DNA from: Mycobacteriaceae bacterium
GTDB lineage: Bacteria > Actinomycetota > Actinomycetes > Mycobacteriales > Mycobacteriaceae
DNA length: 56,948 bases
Direction: 5' to 3'
Assembly: GCA_051646185.1 (NCBI GenBank)
Contig: JBOFCS010000055.1
Span: 1-56,948 of the forward strand
The stretch's first letter is position 1. Each line of letters begins with the position of its first letter. Below the pieces are notes generated by a model. It was not told the DNA's origin. It saw only the letters and a list, made by a program, of their open reading frames with translations, and searched no databases. Position numbers and translations under genes: made by a program. This document shows, in pieces, positions 1-9,869 of this stretch.

Positions 1-837
1 ACCAAAAGTATTGCCATCCAACTCATCTTGAAGATCACGGGCCTTCTTCTGCAACCAAGCTTTCTCCGAGGACAGTTGAGAACGATTCGCCTCATCGCGC
101 ACCACCGCCGGAATACCATCACGATTACCCACCCAATCCGGGTGATCCTTGAGCACCGCCGCCCGCTGCGGCTCCGTCAACGTAGACCACCACCCATTGC
201 TGCTCGCCGCATTCGTCCGAGTATCCGAAGAAGGTAACGACGGCGGCTCCACCACCGATAACCCACCCTGGTTGTACCCCGCAGCCGCAGCAGCCACCAC
301 ATCTGTGGTACCCCCATCACTGATTTTCCCAGCCAACGCAACCGAAAGCACTGCCGCACAATCATGTTCCACATCAGTAGCCGTGCGCACCAGCTCCGCA
401 CAGCGATGCTCCAACTCCATCTGAAGAGAAAACCGATACGCCTTCTCCTCCGCACTGATCTCTGTACCAGGAGGCAGTGCATCCTTAACGAAAGGACCAG
501 AACTGCCTGAGGTATTCACCAGAACAAACTGGTGCGCAGCGGCACTATACTCAATATCGATAAGAACATGCTTCAACGCTTGAACACAATCCTGGGTTTC
601 TATTGCCAACCGGCGAACAGCGGCCACCGCCGCAGCAGCATCAGTGAGATCATCGGCCACCTCGGCAAAAGAACCCCGTGCTGCCTGAGCAGCTTGTCCC
701 TCCCAGGCCGGTAACCGCCCCACCTCGCCCAACTGAAGAGTCAACTCCTGCACACTCTCAGCTTTAGCCTTTAACGTCGAAATAATACTTTCCAACGCAG
801 CGGTATCCCACTTGCGAACATCATCTATCGTTGCCAC
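1..837 (-). CDS. Partial secreted-type protein (C-terminal part lies beyond the window edge): N-terminal WXG-like helical domain followed by the start of a DUF1023-type alpha/beta-hydrolase region
   Basis: Not in the ORF track (GTG start, no stop inside the window). Hand translation of the minus strand from GTG 837..835 (GGGAGGA SD-like 7 nt upstream) is open for 279 codons down to base 1. It reads VATIDDVRKWDTAALESIISTLKAKAESVQ...LPAWEGQAAQAARGSF (W-x-G) ...NGWWSTLTEPQRAAVLKDHPDWVGNRDGIPAVVRDEANRSQL, a motif I recall from actinobacterial DUF1023 hydrolases. Confidence 0.55.
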   Translation of the reverse strand, partial: MATIDDVRKWDTAALESIISTLKAKAESVQELTLQLGEVGRLPAWEGQAAQAARGSFAEVADDLTDAAAAVAAVRRLAIETQDCVQALKHVLIDIEYSAAAHQFVLVNTSGSSGPFVKDALPPGTEISAEEKAYRFSLQMELEHRCAELVRTATDVEHDCAAVLSVALAGKISDGGTTDVVAAAAAGYNQGGLSVVEPPSLPSSDTRTNAASSNGWWSTLTEPQRAAVLKDHPDWVGNRDGIPAVVRDEANRSQLSSEKAWLQKKARDLQDELDGNTFG

Positions 838-982
838 CCCGCGAATCCTCCCGGTATTGTACTTGTTTATGTAGCACTTGCTTTTACCTCTAGTTACGTG
901 GTACAGGTTACTATAGTACCAACCAGTCCTTGAAGTCCAGCCTTCGATAATGCCGGACTCATACACCAGCGGGGAGTCTTAG

Positions 983-1300
983 ATGCCTAACGAATTTTTT
1001 GTCAACCTTGACGAACTTACCCACTACGAAACGACAGTGCGGAAAGCAGAAGAAGAAGCACGGCCAATCTGGGAGAGTGCCACTCGAGCTCACGAAAATG
1101 CCACGAACGCCTGGCTCGGCGGGGCCGCAACCACCGCCTTCACTGAACTCACTAACCGCTGGAAAACACATGATGCCCAACTTTTGAACAGCATCACCGC
1201 ACTAGCAGACCGGCTCGCCGACAACAAAAAACTTTTCATCACCACCGAACAAAACAACACCAACCGATTCCACGGCATACAGCTCTCACTCTTTGCTTGA
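983..1300 (+). CDS. WXG100 (ESAT-6-like) family small protein
   Basis: 105 aa, predicted helical. Central W-x-G motif (NAWLGGAATTAF). GGGGAG SD 6 nt upstream of the ATG. Divergent from the WXG-hydrolase gene at 1..837. Confidence 0.6.
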   Translation: MPNEFFVNLDELTHYETTVRKAEEEARPIWESATRAHENATNAWLGGAATTAFTELTNRWKTHDAQLLNSITALADRLADNKKLFITTEQNNTNRFHGIQLSLFA

Positions 1301-1315
1301 AGAGCTCGTACTCAC

Positions 1316-2461
1316 TCAGTGCGCATGAGTGTTCAATCCCCAAGGCGGTAGCGGGTCTTGATAGTTTCGCCAGGCTTGTGGACCCTCCTGCATTTCACTA
1401 TCGGTAAGCAAAGCTGAGTCAAGTAACGCCTGCGGCGCATGGGTATCGAGCCGAACACCAATAAAAACAATCTCCTGCCCTGGGGTCACGTCTGTGGATT
1501 CCCATAGCTGTGCGGGCTCTATCACCAGGTTTGGCCCGGCTTGGGACCACACCGCAGCTACCTCTGGTCTACTCGCCACCCAACAAAAACCTTTGCTTCG
1601 CAATAGACCCCGCATTTTATCTAGAGCAGTCGCAAGTCGATCAGGATGAAAAGGGCGATCAGCGCGATACGTGACGCTGCTAATGCCATATTCCTCAGTT
1701 TCCGGGGTATGCCCACCGGCAAGTTCTTCATCCCAGCCCGGTGCCTGGGCAGCTAATTCTGGGTTGTATAGGCCTGTACTGAGCACTTGATCGAGGGGCA
1801 CTTCACCTTTGACTGTTTGCACTATCTTCGCCGTAGGGTTAAGCCTACTCAGCACTGCTTCAACGGTCGCAACTGCTTGTGGGGCAACTAAATCCGTCTT
1901 ATTGAGTAAAATAACATCGGCAAATTCTACTTGATCAACTAAAAGATCAGAGATCGACCGGGCATCTTCCGGGGCTGCTTCAAGTTTGCGATTAATGAGG
2001 GTTTCACCACGGGCCAGCTCGGTAACAAAAGTAGAAGCATCCACCACTGTCACCATGGTATCTAGTTGCGCAACACTGGATAACGTAAAACCGTCTTCAA
2101 ACTCCCAGTCAAAGGTAGCCGCTACCGGCATCGGCTCAGAAATTCCGGTGGACTCAATCAGGATGTTGTCATAGCGCCCTTCGGCGGCCAGTCTGGTGAT
2201 TGATTCGATTAAATCCTCGCGCAGGGTGCAGCAGATGCACCCATTGGTGAGCTCTACCAGCTTTTCTTTGGTCCGATCTAGATGGGTTTGCGCCGCTAAC
2301 GGGCCATCGATGAGTTGAGCATCAATATTGACCTCACTCATATCGTTAACAATGACGGCCACCCGACGTCCTTCTCGATTGGCTAAGACGTGGTTAAGCA
2401 GGGTGGTTTTCCCTGCACCAAGGAATCCTGAAAGGACAGTGACCGGTACCGTAGACGCCAT
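1316..2461 (-). CDS. COG0523/CobW-family metallochaperone GTPase (zinc-homeostasis type)
   Basis: P-loop [24 protein letters not shown] motif GCICCTLR and a CobW C-terminal-like region. Start set to ATG 2461 ([12 protein letters not shown]); the TTG-initiated extension to 2515 would read through the putative Zur box. Confidence 0.85.
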   Translation of the reverse strand: MASTVPVTVLSGFLGAGKTTLLNHVLANREGRRVAVIVNDMSEVNIDAQLIDGPLAAQTHLDRTKEKLVELTNGCICCTLREDLIESITRLAAEGRYDNILIESTGISEPMPVAATFDWEFEDGFTLSSVAQLDTMVTVVDASTFVTELARGETLINRKLEAAPEDARSISDLLVDQVEFADVILLNKTDLVAPQAVATVEAVLSRLNPTAKIVQTVKGEVPLDQVLSTGLYNPELAAQAPGWDEELAGGHTPETEEYGISSVTYRADRPFHPDRLATALDKMRGLLRSKGFCWVASRPEVAAVWSQAGPNLVIEPAQLWESTDVTPGQEIVFIGVRLDTHAPQALLDSALLTDSEMQEGPQAWRNYQDPLPPWGLNTHAH

Positions 2462-2465
2462 AAGA

Positions 2466-2487
2466 TTATGATAACCATTTTCATTAA
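2466..2487. promoter_or_regulatory. Putative Zur box (zinc uptake regulator operator)
   Basis: TTATGATAACCATTTTCATTAA (other strand TTAATGAAAATGGTTATCATAA). It is an AT-rich imperfect palindrome resembling actinobacterial Zur operators (TGAAAATGATTTTCA-like core), 5 nt upstream of the COG0523 ATG. Confidence 0.45.
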
Positions 2488-2644
2488 TAATGGGTAGTTC
2501 GGGCCTCAACTGCAATGGACGTCACATACCTGAGAACTCAGAAGCAAACTTCCATTCACATAACGGACATCTTTCACTGAGAACATGGAGCTAAGTCGGA
2601 GCAACGATGCTCAGAAGGTTTATCTGATAGCAATTAGGATCCTT

Positions 2645-3547
2645 ATGCTCACCCAAAGAAAACTATTTTCTTTACTAATTATATTATCTGCCACACTAAT
2701 TGGCGCTACTGCGCCATCCCAGGCAGATCCCAATAACTGCCCCTCCCTTTACGTTTTAGCTATCCCCGGAACCTGGGAAACAAGCAACGATGATGAACCC
2801 AAACCAGGGATGCTCAATCTTGTTACCGATGCAGTCAAGAGCAGCAAAATTCGTACAGACTACGTTCACTACGCTGCCACCGCCTTCCCTTGGGAAGACG
2901 AAATCTACGGAGCCTCCAAAGCGCAAGCGATCGCCAATGGTCGCGCCATGCTTGCCACAATGGCTTCCCAATGCCCCAACACAAAAATGGGTATTATTGG
3001 GTACAGCCAAGGTGCTGATGCCGCTGGCGAACTCGCTGCCGAAATTGGCACCGGGTCTGGGGTAATCCCCCCCGATCGCGTAGCTGCAGTGGGACTACTC
3101 TCTGATCCCCGCCGCTCCGCCAGCGATGTTCTGATTGGCCCACCCGCCGAAGGACAGGGAGTCGGCGGACCTCGCATCGGCGGCTTTGGTTACCTCTCCG
3201 AGGTCACCCGAACCTTTTGCGTACCAAAAGATTTGTACTGTGCAACACCCAAAGCTGACCTTGTCACCCGAATCATGGGATTTGTTGCGGTGTCTTCCAA
3301 TCCCAGCTTTGATGAACTTGACCGACGCTGGCTGGAACTACAAGGACTACTAGCAGATCTGACTGCAGCCGGGGGAATACCAACACTTATTAATGAACTC
3401 TCCGAAAATGCATTGGATAACCGCAGCCGACAACTCATAACCTTCTATGGTTCCGGAGCCCATCAGGACTACTACCACTTCGCTGTAGATGAACGCGGAA
3501 CCTCGGCAACCTCCTGGCTAGCTCAATACCTCAGAAGTAAGGCCTAG
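2645..3547 (+). CDS. Secreted cutinase-family serine esterase
   Basis: Signal peptide MLTQRKLFSLLIILSATLIGATAPSQA from ATG 2645 (AGGA SD upstream). Nucleophile elbow GYSQGA. Conserved Cys pairs typical of cutinases. Confidence 0.8.
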   Translation: MLTQRKLFSLLIILSATLIGATAPSQADPNNCPSLYVLAIPGTWETSNDDEPKPGMLNLVTDAVKSSKIRTDYVHYAATAFPWEDEIYGASKAQAIANGRAMLATMASQCPNTKMGIIGYSQGADAAGELAAEIGTGSGVIPPDRVAAVGLLSDPRRSASDVLIGPPAEGQGVGGPRIGGFGYLSEVTRTFCVPKDLYCATPKADLVTRIMGFVAVSSNPSFDELDRRWLELQGLLADLTAAGGIPTLINELSENALDNRSRQLITFYGSGAHQDYYHFAVDERGTSATSWLAQYLRSKA

Positions 3548-3618
3548 ATCACACTTTTTGTGCTAGTTCAGTTATCTGACCCACAACGACTCGGCCCAAA
3601 CTACCCAAGAACGAGTTA

Positions 3619-4398
3619 ATGCGGGACCATATAGGAGTGAGCCACCACCATACGATCCCCGAAGTAATCCCTTCGGCTACCGAAAGCACAACACGGGAAA
3701 CAGCTAACCTGTACCCTCGTGTTACTAGTTTTCGGTCCAGACGAGGAGCATTAACCCCCGCGCAGCAGCGCACCTGGGACAATCTTTGGCCAACAGTGGG
3801 GATGGACGCCTGGTCTGCAAACCAAAGCAGCGGAGCAAAGTTTCTGGATGCAGACGCGTGGTTTGGCAGATCAGCCCCAGTGGTATTGGAGATCGGTTGT
3901 GGCACCGGCACAGCAACCGCTGCCATGGCATTAGCTGAACCAGACGTTAATCTTATTGGGGTTGAAGTCTACCGACCTGGGCTAGCTCAGCTTGTGCAGT
4001 TCATCGAGCGTGATCAGATTCCCAATATCAGAGTTATTCGTGGTGATGCAATGGATGTACTGGAAAATATGTTGGCACCGGCCAGCCTAACCGGGGCCAG
4101 GGTGTTTTTTCCTGATCCGTGGCCCAAAGCCCGGCATCACAAGCGGAGACTCCTGCAAGCAACCACTTTTTCTTTGCTCGCTTCGCGCATAAAGCCAGGT
4201 GGAGTGCTGCATGTCGCAACAGATCATGCGGAATACGCTGAAGCAATCGCAGAGGTCGGCAATGCCGAGCCACTGTTTGCGCCACTGTCATGGCCATCGC
4301 CCATTTCGCATAAAAGACCGGTCACCAAATTTGAAAGTAAGGCAGAAGTGGCAGGCAGTGCTATCGCCGAGCTGATATGGGGGAGAATCAATCTATGA
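3619..4398 (+). CDS. trmB: tRNA (guanine46-N7)-methyltransferase
   Basis: SAM-binding motif VLEIGCGTG and FPDPWPK(A)RHHKRR signature. Synteny with NYN and MmpL3-like genes as in Rv0208c-Rv0206c. The exact start is uncertain. Confidence 0.85.
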   Translation: MRDHIGVSHHHTIPEVIPSATESTTRETANLYPRVTSFRSRRGALTPAQQRTWDNLWPTVGMDAWSANQSSGAKFLDADAWFGRSAPVVLEIGCGTGTATAAMALAEPDVNLIGVEVYRPGLAQLVQFIERDQIPNIRVIRGDAMDVLENMLAPASLTGARVFFPDPWPKARHHKRRLLQATTFSLLASRIKPGGVLHVATDHAEYAEAIAEVGNAEPLFAPLSWPSPISHKRPVTKFESKAEVAGSAIAELIWGRINL

Positions 4399-5069
4399 GC
4401 ATTAGCGAAGAGCTTGATATTGAAGTTTTGACGATCAGCCCTGACAACATCAAACGGGTGTTGCTGGTGTGGGATGCACCTAACCTTGATATGGGACTGG
4501 GAGCAATTCTTGGCGGTCGCCCCACTGCTGCTCACCGCCCACGTTTTGATGCTTTGGGTCGATGGTTACTCAACAAGACAGCCGTCTTTTCTGCGGGATC
4601 AAGTACCCCGGTTGAACCCGAAGCCACTGTTTTTACCAATATCGCTCCCGGAAGCGCCGACGTAGTTCGCCCATGGGTGGAGGCGCTCCGCAATGTGGGT
4701 TATGCGGTTTTTGCTAAACCTAAGGTGGACGAGGACAGCGATGTTGATAGCGACATGCTTGAGCACATCGCCCACCGTTTTAATGAAGGTGGTCTTGCCG
4801 GTCTGCTTGTTGCTTCGGCAGATGGTCAGGCATTTAAAGAACCACTGGAAGCCATCGCCTCTTCTGGTGTTCCGGTACATGTGATTGGTTTCCGGGAACA
4901 CGCCAGTTGGGCTCTGACCTCTGATCTGTTGAAATTTATTGATCTTGAAGAGATTCCCGGTGTCTTTAGGGAGCCTCTGCCCAGGGTCAGTCTTGATACT
5001 CTTCCAGATGAAGGTGCCTGGCTACAGCCATTCCGTCCGTTGTCCGCGTTACTTACCTCTCGCGTCTAA
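4395..5069 (+). CDS. NYN/LabA-like domain protein (Rv0207c-like)
   Basis: Start ATG 4395 overlaps the trmB stop as ATGA, with a GGGAGA SD upstream. VLLVWDAPNLD and VASADGQAF resemble NYN-domain acidic motifs. Confidence 0.6.
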   Translation: MSISEELDIEVLTISPDNIKRVLLVWDAPNLDMGLGAILGGRPTAAHRPRFDALGRWLLNKTAVFSAGSSTPVEPEATVFTNIAPGSADVVRPWVEALRNVGYAVFAKPKVDEDSDVDSDMLEHIAHRFNEGGLAGLLVASADGQAFKEPLEAIASSGVPVHVIGFREHASWALTSDLLKFIDLEEIPGVFREPLPRVSLDTLPDEGAWLQPFRPLSALLTSRV

Positions 5070-5119
5070 TACACACCGTGCGGCCAGCAGCTTAAGAACG
5101 GTAAGGAGCAGTCAGAACA

Positions 5120-7918
5120 GTGTTTGCCAAATGGGGAAACGCCGTATACAACTTACGGTTCTCAGTTATTGCAGCACTAGTTGCCGTGCTGCTCGGTTGT
5201 GGTTTATACGGACTCGGGCTTGAAAAAAAGCTCACCCAGGATGGCTACTTTGATCCTGGTAGCCAATCAGTCACCGCATCCATTCTCAGTGACACTGTTT
5301 ATGGGCGAGACAGCAAGGCTGATGTTGTTGTTATTTACTCGGCACCAGAAGGGAAAACTGTTGACGATCCGGAATTTTCAGCGGAAATCAGCAATCACCT
5401 CAACCAGATTCAGGCCGATAATAAAGAACTTATCCAACAGGTCGCTAGTTACTGGAGCACCCCCACACCATTGTTGACCGAGCCAACTAAAAAATCGGCT
5501 TTTGTCAGCATCGGTCTCAATGGCGAAGGTTCAGATCAGGTACTAAAAAATTATCAAAAACTTGCACCTCAACTTCCCCTTACTGGGGTGCAAACTCAGA
5601 TCGCCGGATTGCAACCTATTGCTGATGCCATTGGCAATGGGGTAGCTTCTGACACCAAACGCGCTGAGCTCCTGGCTTTTCCAGCTGTAGCTGTTTTACT
5701 GTTCCTTATTTTTGGCGGAGTTATTGCCGCATCACTTCCCGTGATTGTTGGAGCGCTGACCATCGCAGGCGGATGGGCAGTGATGAGCATTATTGCGGAC
5801 TTCACTCCGGTCAATACCTTTGCCTCTCCGGTTATTTCCCTTATTGGGCTTGGCTTGGCAATTGACTACGGGTTATTTATTGTCAGTAGATTCCGAGAAG
5901 AAATAGCCGAAGGATACCCAGCCAGAGATGCCGTGCGGAGAACGGTAATGACAGCTGGACGAACAGTGATTTATTCAGCCACTTTGATTGTGGCTAGTTT
6001 AGCGTGTTTACTGCTTTTCCCTCAGGGCTTTCTACGCTCGGTAGCACTTGCCGGAATCACTTCAGTCTCAATCGCAGCATTGCTTTCGGTCACGCTATTA
6101 CCTGCGATGTTAGCGGTTCTTGGTAGAAATATTGATGCTTTTGGCTTTAAATTCCTTAAGAAGACTAAGTCTAAAGAAGAAGTGGAAAAAGGTTTTTGGG
6201 GAAAGCTCACCAACTGGGTGATGCGGCACCCCGGTAAAATTGCCGTACCCGTCATACTTTTCCTTTTGCTTCTTATCATTCCTTTTGGCGGCATAAAATT
6301 TGGCGGTATTAGTGAAAAATATTTACCACCAGCCAATGAAACCCGACAGGCCCAAGAAAAATTTGATGAACTCTTTCCAAACAATCGAACCGAACCACTG
6401 AAACTTGTTGTTGTAGTAGAACCAGAGTTCAACAGCGGCACTGCGGTTAGCCAAGTCGCTAAAGAGGCCAATAAAATTCCGGGTTTCACAGGTAAATTCG
6501 CCCCTCAAGCCACCAAAAAAAATGCTCAGAATAACTCAGTTACAGTCCTGAGCTCAGGCTTAAAAAGCCGTGATACTGCGGCCGAAGCAGTTGACGCGCT
6601 CCGCGCTATAGCTGAGCCTGAAGGAACCACAATTCTGATTGGCGGAACCCCAGCTTTAGAGCAAGACAGTATTGCCGCATTAGGTAAGCACCTTCCGTTG
6701 ATGTTGATCCTTTTAGTCTCCACAACAACGCTTTTGATGTTCTTGGCCTTTGGATCATTGGTGCTGCCTATTAAAGCCGTACTGATGAGCGCTCTGGGGT
6801 TAGGTTCCACACTAGGGGTGCTGTCCTGGATCTTCATTTATGGCAATGGTTCCGGTGTCTTAGATTTCACTCCGGGTCCACTGATGTCAGCGGTATTGGT
6901 GCTCATTATTGCAATTATCTTTGGCTTATCCACCGACTATGAAGTTTTTCTTGTGTCGCGGATGGTTGAAGCAAGAGCTCGAGGTGCAAGCACGCCCGAA
7001 GCTATTAGAGTGGGGACTGCACAAACCGGGCGTATCATTACTGCGGCAGCCTTAATTCTGGTTGTTGTCACTGGTGCCTTTGGTTTTTCTGAACTTGTTT
7101 TAATGAAATATATTGCTTATGGAATGATGACCGCGCTCATTTTGGATGCCACTATTATTCGGATGTTCTTGGTTCCATCGATTATGAAACTCCTAGGCGA
7201 TGATTGTTGGTGGGCACCACGATGGATGAAGGTGGTTCAGCAAAAAATTGGTCTTGGTGAAGTAGAGCTGGACGATGAACGTCATCTCATCGGAGCTGGC
7301 GGTCCAGCTTTTGCTGGAGTTGTAATACCCGAAATTGATGGCCGAGCAATTGTACGTCCACCTGATTCTGTTGAACAGGCTAAGCTAGTCAGCACCATGG
7401 CTTCCCGCCTTCCCGATACCTCCGCTCCGGTACCCCCAGCGCCCTACATCCCTATACCTGCGTTAGAGCCAATACCTGAACCCCAAGTGAGCGAGCCTAC
7501 CACTGCAGCAATTCCGTTGCAGCAGACAAAGACTCATATACCGTCGCAACCGAGAAAACCAGAGGAAACGGTAGATCCTCGGAGTATCGAATCATGGCTT
7601 GGTGAACTGCGCGGAGCACCGGGGTCCATCGATGGTCCGGGTGGCAGAGGTTTTGACACCCAAGGAATTGAAGAAATCCCAGAATTTCTCAAAGCTCGCA
7701 AAACTACGGATGCAGACTTTGTCCCTCCAGCTTTCAATGCTGATGTAGCCGTAGCCAGTCTTGAGCCTGCCCAAAAACGTACGCCTGAAGACAGTGCCAC
7801 TGGGATTCCAGAGGAACCCATCGACAGCGAACAGGATGAGGGTGGGCGTCACCGACGCAGCGGCGAAGGTGGCGCCATTAGCGCTCAGGACTTGTTGCGA
7901 CGCGAAGGCAAACTCTGA
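5120..7918 (+). CDS. mmpL3: MmpL3-like RND/MMPL transporter (trehalose monomycolate exporter orthologue candidate)
   Basis: 932 aa, GTG start. N-terminus MFAKWGNAVYNLRF resembles the MmpL3 start. MMPL 12-TM layout with two large loops and a long Pro/Glu-rich C-terminal tail. Conserved trmB-NYN-mmpL3 synteny. Confidence 0.8.
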   Translation: MFAKWGNAVYNLRFSVIAALVAVLLGCGLYGLGLEKKLTQDGYFDPGSQSVTASILSDTVYGRDSKADVVVIYSAPEGKTVDDPEFSAEISNHLNQIQADNKELIQQVASYWSTPTPLLTEPTKKSAFVSIGLNGEGSDQVLKNYQKLAPQLPLTGVQTQIAGLQPIADAIGNGVASDTKRAELLAFPAVAVLLFLIFGGVIAASLPVIVGALTIAGGWAVMSIIADFTPVNTFASPVISLIGLGLAIDYGLFIVSRFREEIAEGYPARDAVRRTVMTAGRTVIYSATLIVASLACLLLFPQGFLRSVALAGITSVSIAALLSVTLLPAMLAVLGRNIDAFGFKFLKKTKSKEEVEKGFWGKLTNWVMRHPGKIAVPVILFLLLLIIPFGGIKFGGISEKYLPPANETRQAQEKFDELFPNNRTEPLKLVVVVEPEFNSGTAVSQVAKEANKIPGFTGKFAPQATKKNAQNNSVTVLSSGLKSRDTAAEAVDALRAIAEPEGTTILIGGTPALEQDSIAALGKHLPLMLILLVSTTTLLMFLAFGSLVLPIKAVLMSALGLGSTLGVLSWIFIYGNGSGVLDFTPGPLMSAVLVLIIAIIFGLSTDYEVFLVSRMVEARARGASTPEAIRVGTAQTGRIITAAALILVVVTGAFGFSELVLMKYIAYGMMTALILDATIIRMFLVPSIMKLLGDDCWWAPRWMKVVQQKIGLGEVELDDERHLIGAGGPAFAGVVIPEIDGRAIVRPPDSVEQAKLVSTMASRLPDTSAPVPPAPYIPIPALEPIPEPQVSEPTTAAIPLQQTKTHIPSQPRKPEETVDPRSIESWLGELRGAPGSIDGPGGRGFDTQGIEEIPEFLKARKTTDADFVPPAFNADVAVASLEPAQKRTPEDSATGIPEEPIDSEQDEGGRHRRSGEGGAISAQDLLRREGKL

Positions 7919-7919
7919 A

Positions 7920-9788
7920 CTAGAGAGCTTGCTCTAATAAAGTTTTTTTGTTTTGTTCGGCAAAAACTCTGGCATATCGCGTTCCGGTGTACAGCAATAG
8001 CAAACCAGTTACCAGAAAGGCTGCAACCCGGTAGATACCGTTCAACGTAGCCAGATCAAATAGACACAATTTTGCAACCGCAACGCCAGATAAAATTAGT
8101 CCAACACCTAATGCCAGCTTTGTATACTGCTGATACTTTAGACCAGCAAAAAGTACCACAGTAGCAACCAGCATAGCGCTAATAGTTGCCGCTGAATGTC
8201 CAGCGACAAACCCCGCTTGTGTCCCGCCAATTAGCACTCCAGTAGTAATAATTGCAGCAGATCCGCTGTACAGCAAGACAATTACTGCAGCAATCCATAG
8301 TGGTCCCACTAAATCTTTGACCGGAACATAAATTCGATAAAAGCCTGCGACTAACAATCCAACAGCAATAAAAGCCATAAGACTGGCAATAATTGTGGTC
8401 AGTCCTTGATTTTCAAGAGCAGAATCCGAGTTAGCAAAGCTGCGGGGTGGGGCAGTAAATAAGTAGGCGACAGCACCTATTAAGAAAAACCCTAGGCCCG
8501 GCAAGTAACTGAGTTTAGATTTAACCTGAAAACCTAGTGCTATGAGCGCAATTGACACTGTGAATAGTACAATCGGAAGGAAATCCTGGGTTGCCGCCAC
8601 AACACAGGATTCCAAAAGCGCCAGCGAAGCTATAATGACCAAAGCAATCCGTAGATGCCCTGGGCTTTGCGGGGAAAAAACAACTACTAGGGCTAAAATA
8701 GCCGCTAGTATCAGATTGATAATTGCGAAAGATTTATCATGAAACATATTTCCAGACAACATTATTGGCAATACGGTAAAAACCATTGATATTGTTGGCG
8801 TAATATCCCGAACTCCCTGAGGCTGCCTTGCAGTTAACGCCAGAGCACTAACTACTCCTAAAATCGCTGTGATAGAGCACAGGGCAAAAAGGATATACAC
8901 GTCTTTTTTTGTACTGTGCAACCATGATATCTGGGACTGGGCAAGCAATAAAACTATAACCAACGGAACTGTTCGAGCCATATGTAAGGTCGGCCAAGCA
9001 TTACGCCATTGAACAGGAAGTCCAGCGATATGAACCACTAAGAGGGTGCCTATCAACATGATACTGATACCGCTGGTAAGCACCGGCGCCAAGAAACTAA
9101 TACCTAAAACAACAATCACAGACAGTGTTTGATCGCTCCAGCGCTGGGCAATAGCTAGTCCATATCCGGCCGCCGCAAGCGCTAGTATCACACCCAGCTG
9201 CTCAGGAATCCACTGATATGTCACCGTCATGGCAACAATATCGAGGTATAAGCCCGCTATTCCAGTTGCCACCAAGGCCACTGCCCCAGTTTTACCTCCT
9301 GGCCGTTTCACTACCCGCATTCCGATAGCAAGCAATCCAACAGATAGCAGGGCTCCGGCAGCAACACGAAGCTGCGGGGCAAGGAGTCCGGCTTGGGCGG
9401 CAAGGACAAGCAACATCACCACACCGGCGAGAGTGACCGCAGCACCAGCGACCGCCAACACCCGACTAGCCATACCATCGCGTTGCCACCACGGTTCAGT
9501 TTTTTTGTAGCCGGAAGCTACAACTTTCTTCTGCGGATATTGCGGAAAAGGTGTTACCGGAATGGCATGAGTTAACTGACCGGGCGCCGTAGGCGCTATT
9601 GGGGTGACCGGGACCACCCCAATAGGTGTATCTGGCTGCCAATTTTGGGTTTGTGTTGGATGGATTCCTGGGAAGGTTGCCTTTAACTGCTGCAACTCAT
9701 ACCCCACTCGCTGCAACTGCCCGCTTATCGCCGCACACTCACCGGAAAGTCGGTCAAGAACTTCACCTGCACCACTGGGACTATTCAT
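7920..9788 (-). CDS. Polytopic membrane protein, DUF2339-like
   Basis: 622 aa. N-terminal coiled segment (LQRVGYELQQLK) and a Pro-rich linker, then more than 12 hydrophobic helices. Convergent with mmpL3, with a 1-nt gap. Confidence 0.5.
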   Translation of the reverse strand: MNSPSGAGEVLDRLSGECAAISGQLQRVGYELQQLKATFPGIHPTQTQNWQPDTPIGVVPVTPIAPTAPGQLTHAIPVTPFPQYPQKKVVASGYKKTEPWWQRDGMASRVLAVAGAAVTLAGVVMLLVLAAQAGLLAPQLRVAAGALLSVGLLAIGMRVVKRPGGKTGAVALVATGIAGLYLDIVAMTVTYQWIPEQLGVILALAAAGYGLAIAQRWSDQTLSVIVVLGISFLAPVLTSGISIMLIGTLLVVHIAGLPVQWRNAWPTLHMARTVPLVIVLLLAQSQISWLHSTKKDVYILFALCSITAILGVVSALALTARQPQGVRDITPTISMVFTVLPIMLSGNMFHDKSFAIINLILAAILALVVVFSPQSPGHLRIALVIIASLALLESCVVAATQDFLPIVLFTVSIALIALGFQVKSKLSYLPGLGFFLIGAVAYLFTAPPRSFANSDSALENQGLTTIIASLMAFIAVGLLVAGFYRIYVPVKDLVGPLWIAAVIVLLYSGSAAIITTGVLIGGTQAGFVAGHSAATISAMLVATVVLFAGLKYQQYTKLALGVGLILSGVAVAKLCLFDLATLNGIYRVAAFLVTGLLLLYTGTRYARVFAEQNKKTLLEQAL

Positions 9789-9869
9789 AGCCCTAGTGTG
9801 CGTTCTGTATGCCCTTCACCGCATGAGTAATGTTACGCATTTTTACCACTTAACGTGGGTAATCCGCGA

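Noticed and set aside
28-482. Three listed ORFs (28..237 +, 149..424 +, 177..482 -)
   Set aside because: They are out of frame with, or antisense to, the 279-codon WXG-hydrolase frame, which has recognisable motifs and an SD-preceded GTG start.
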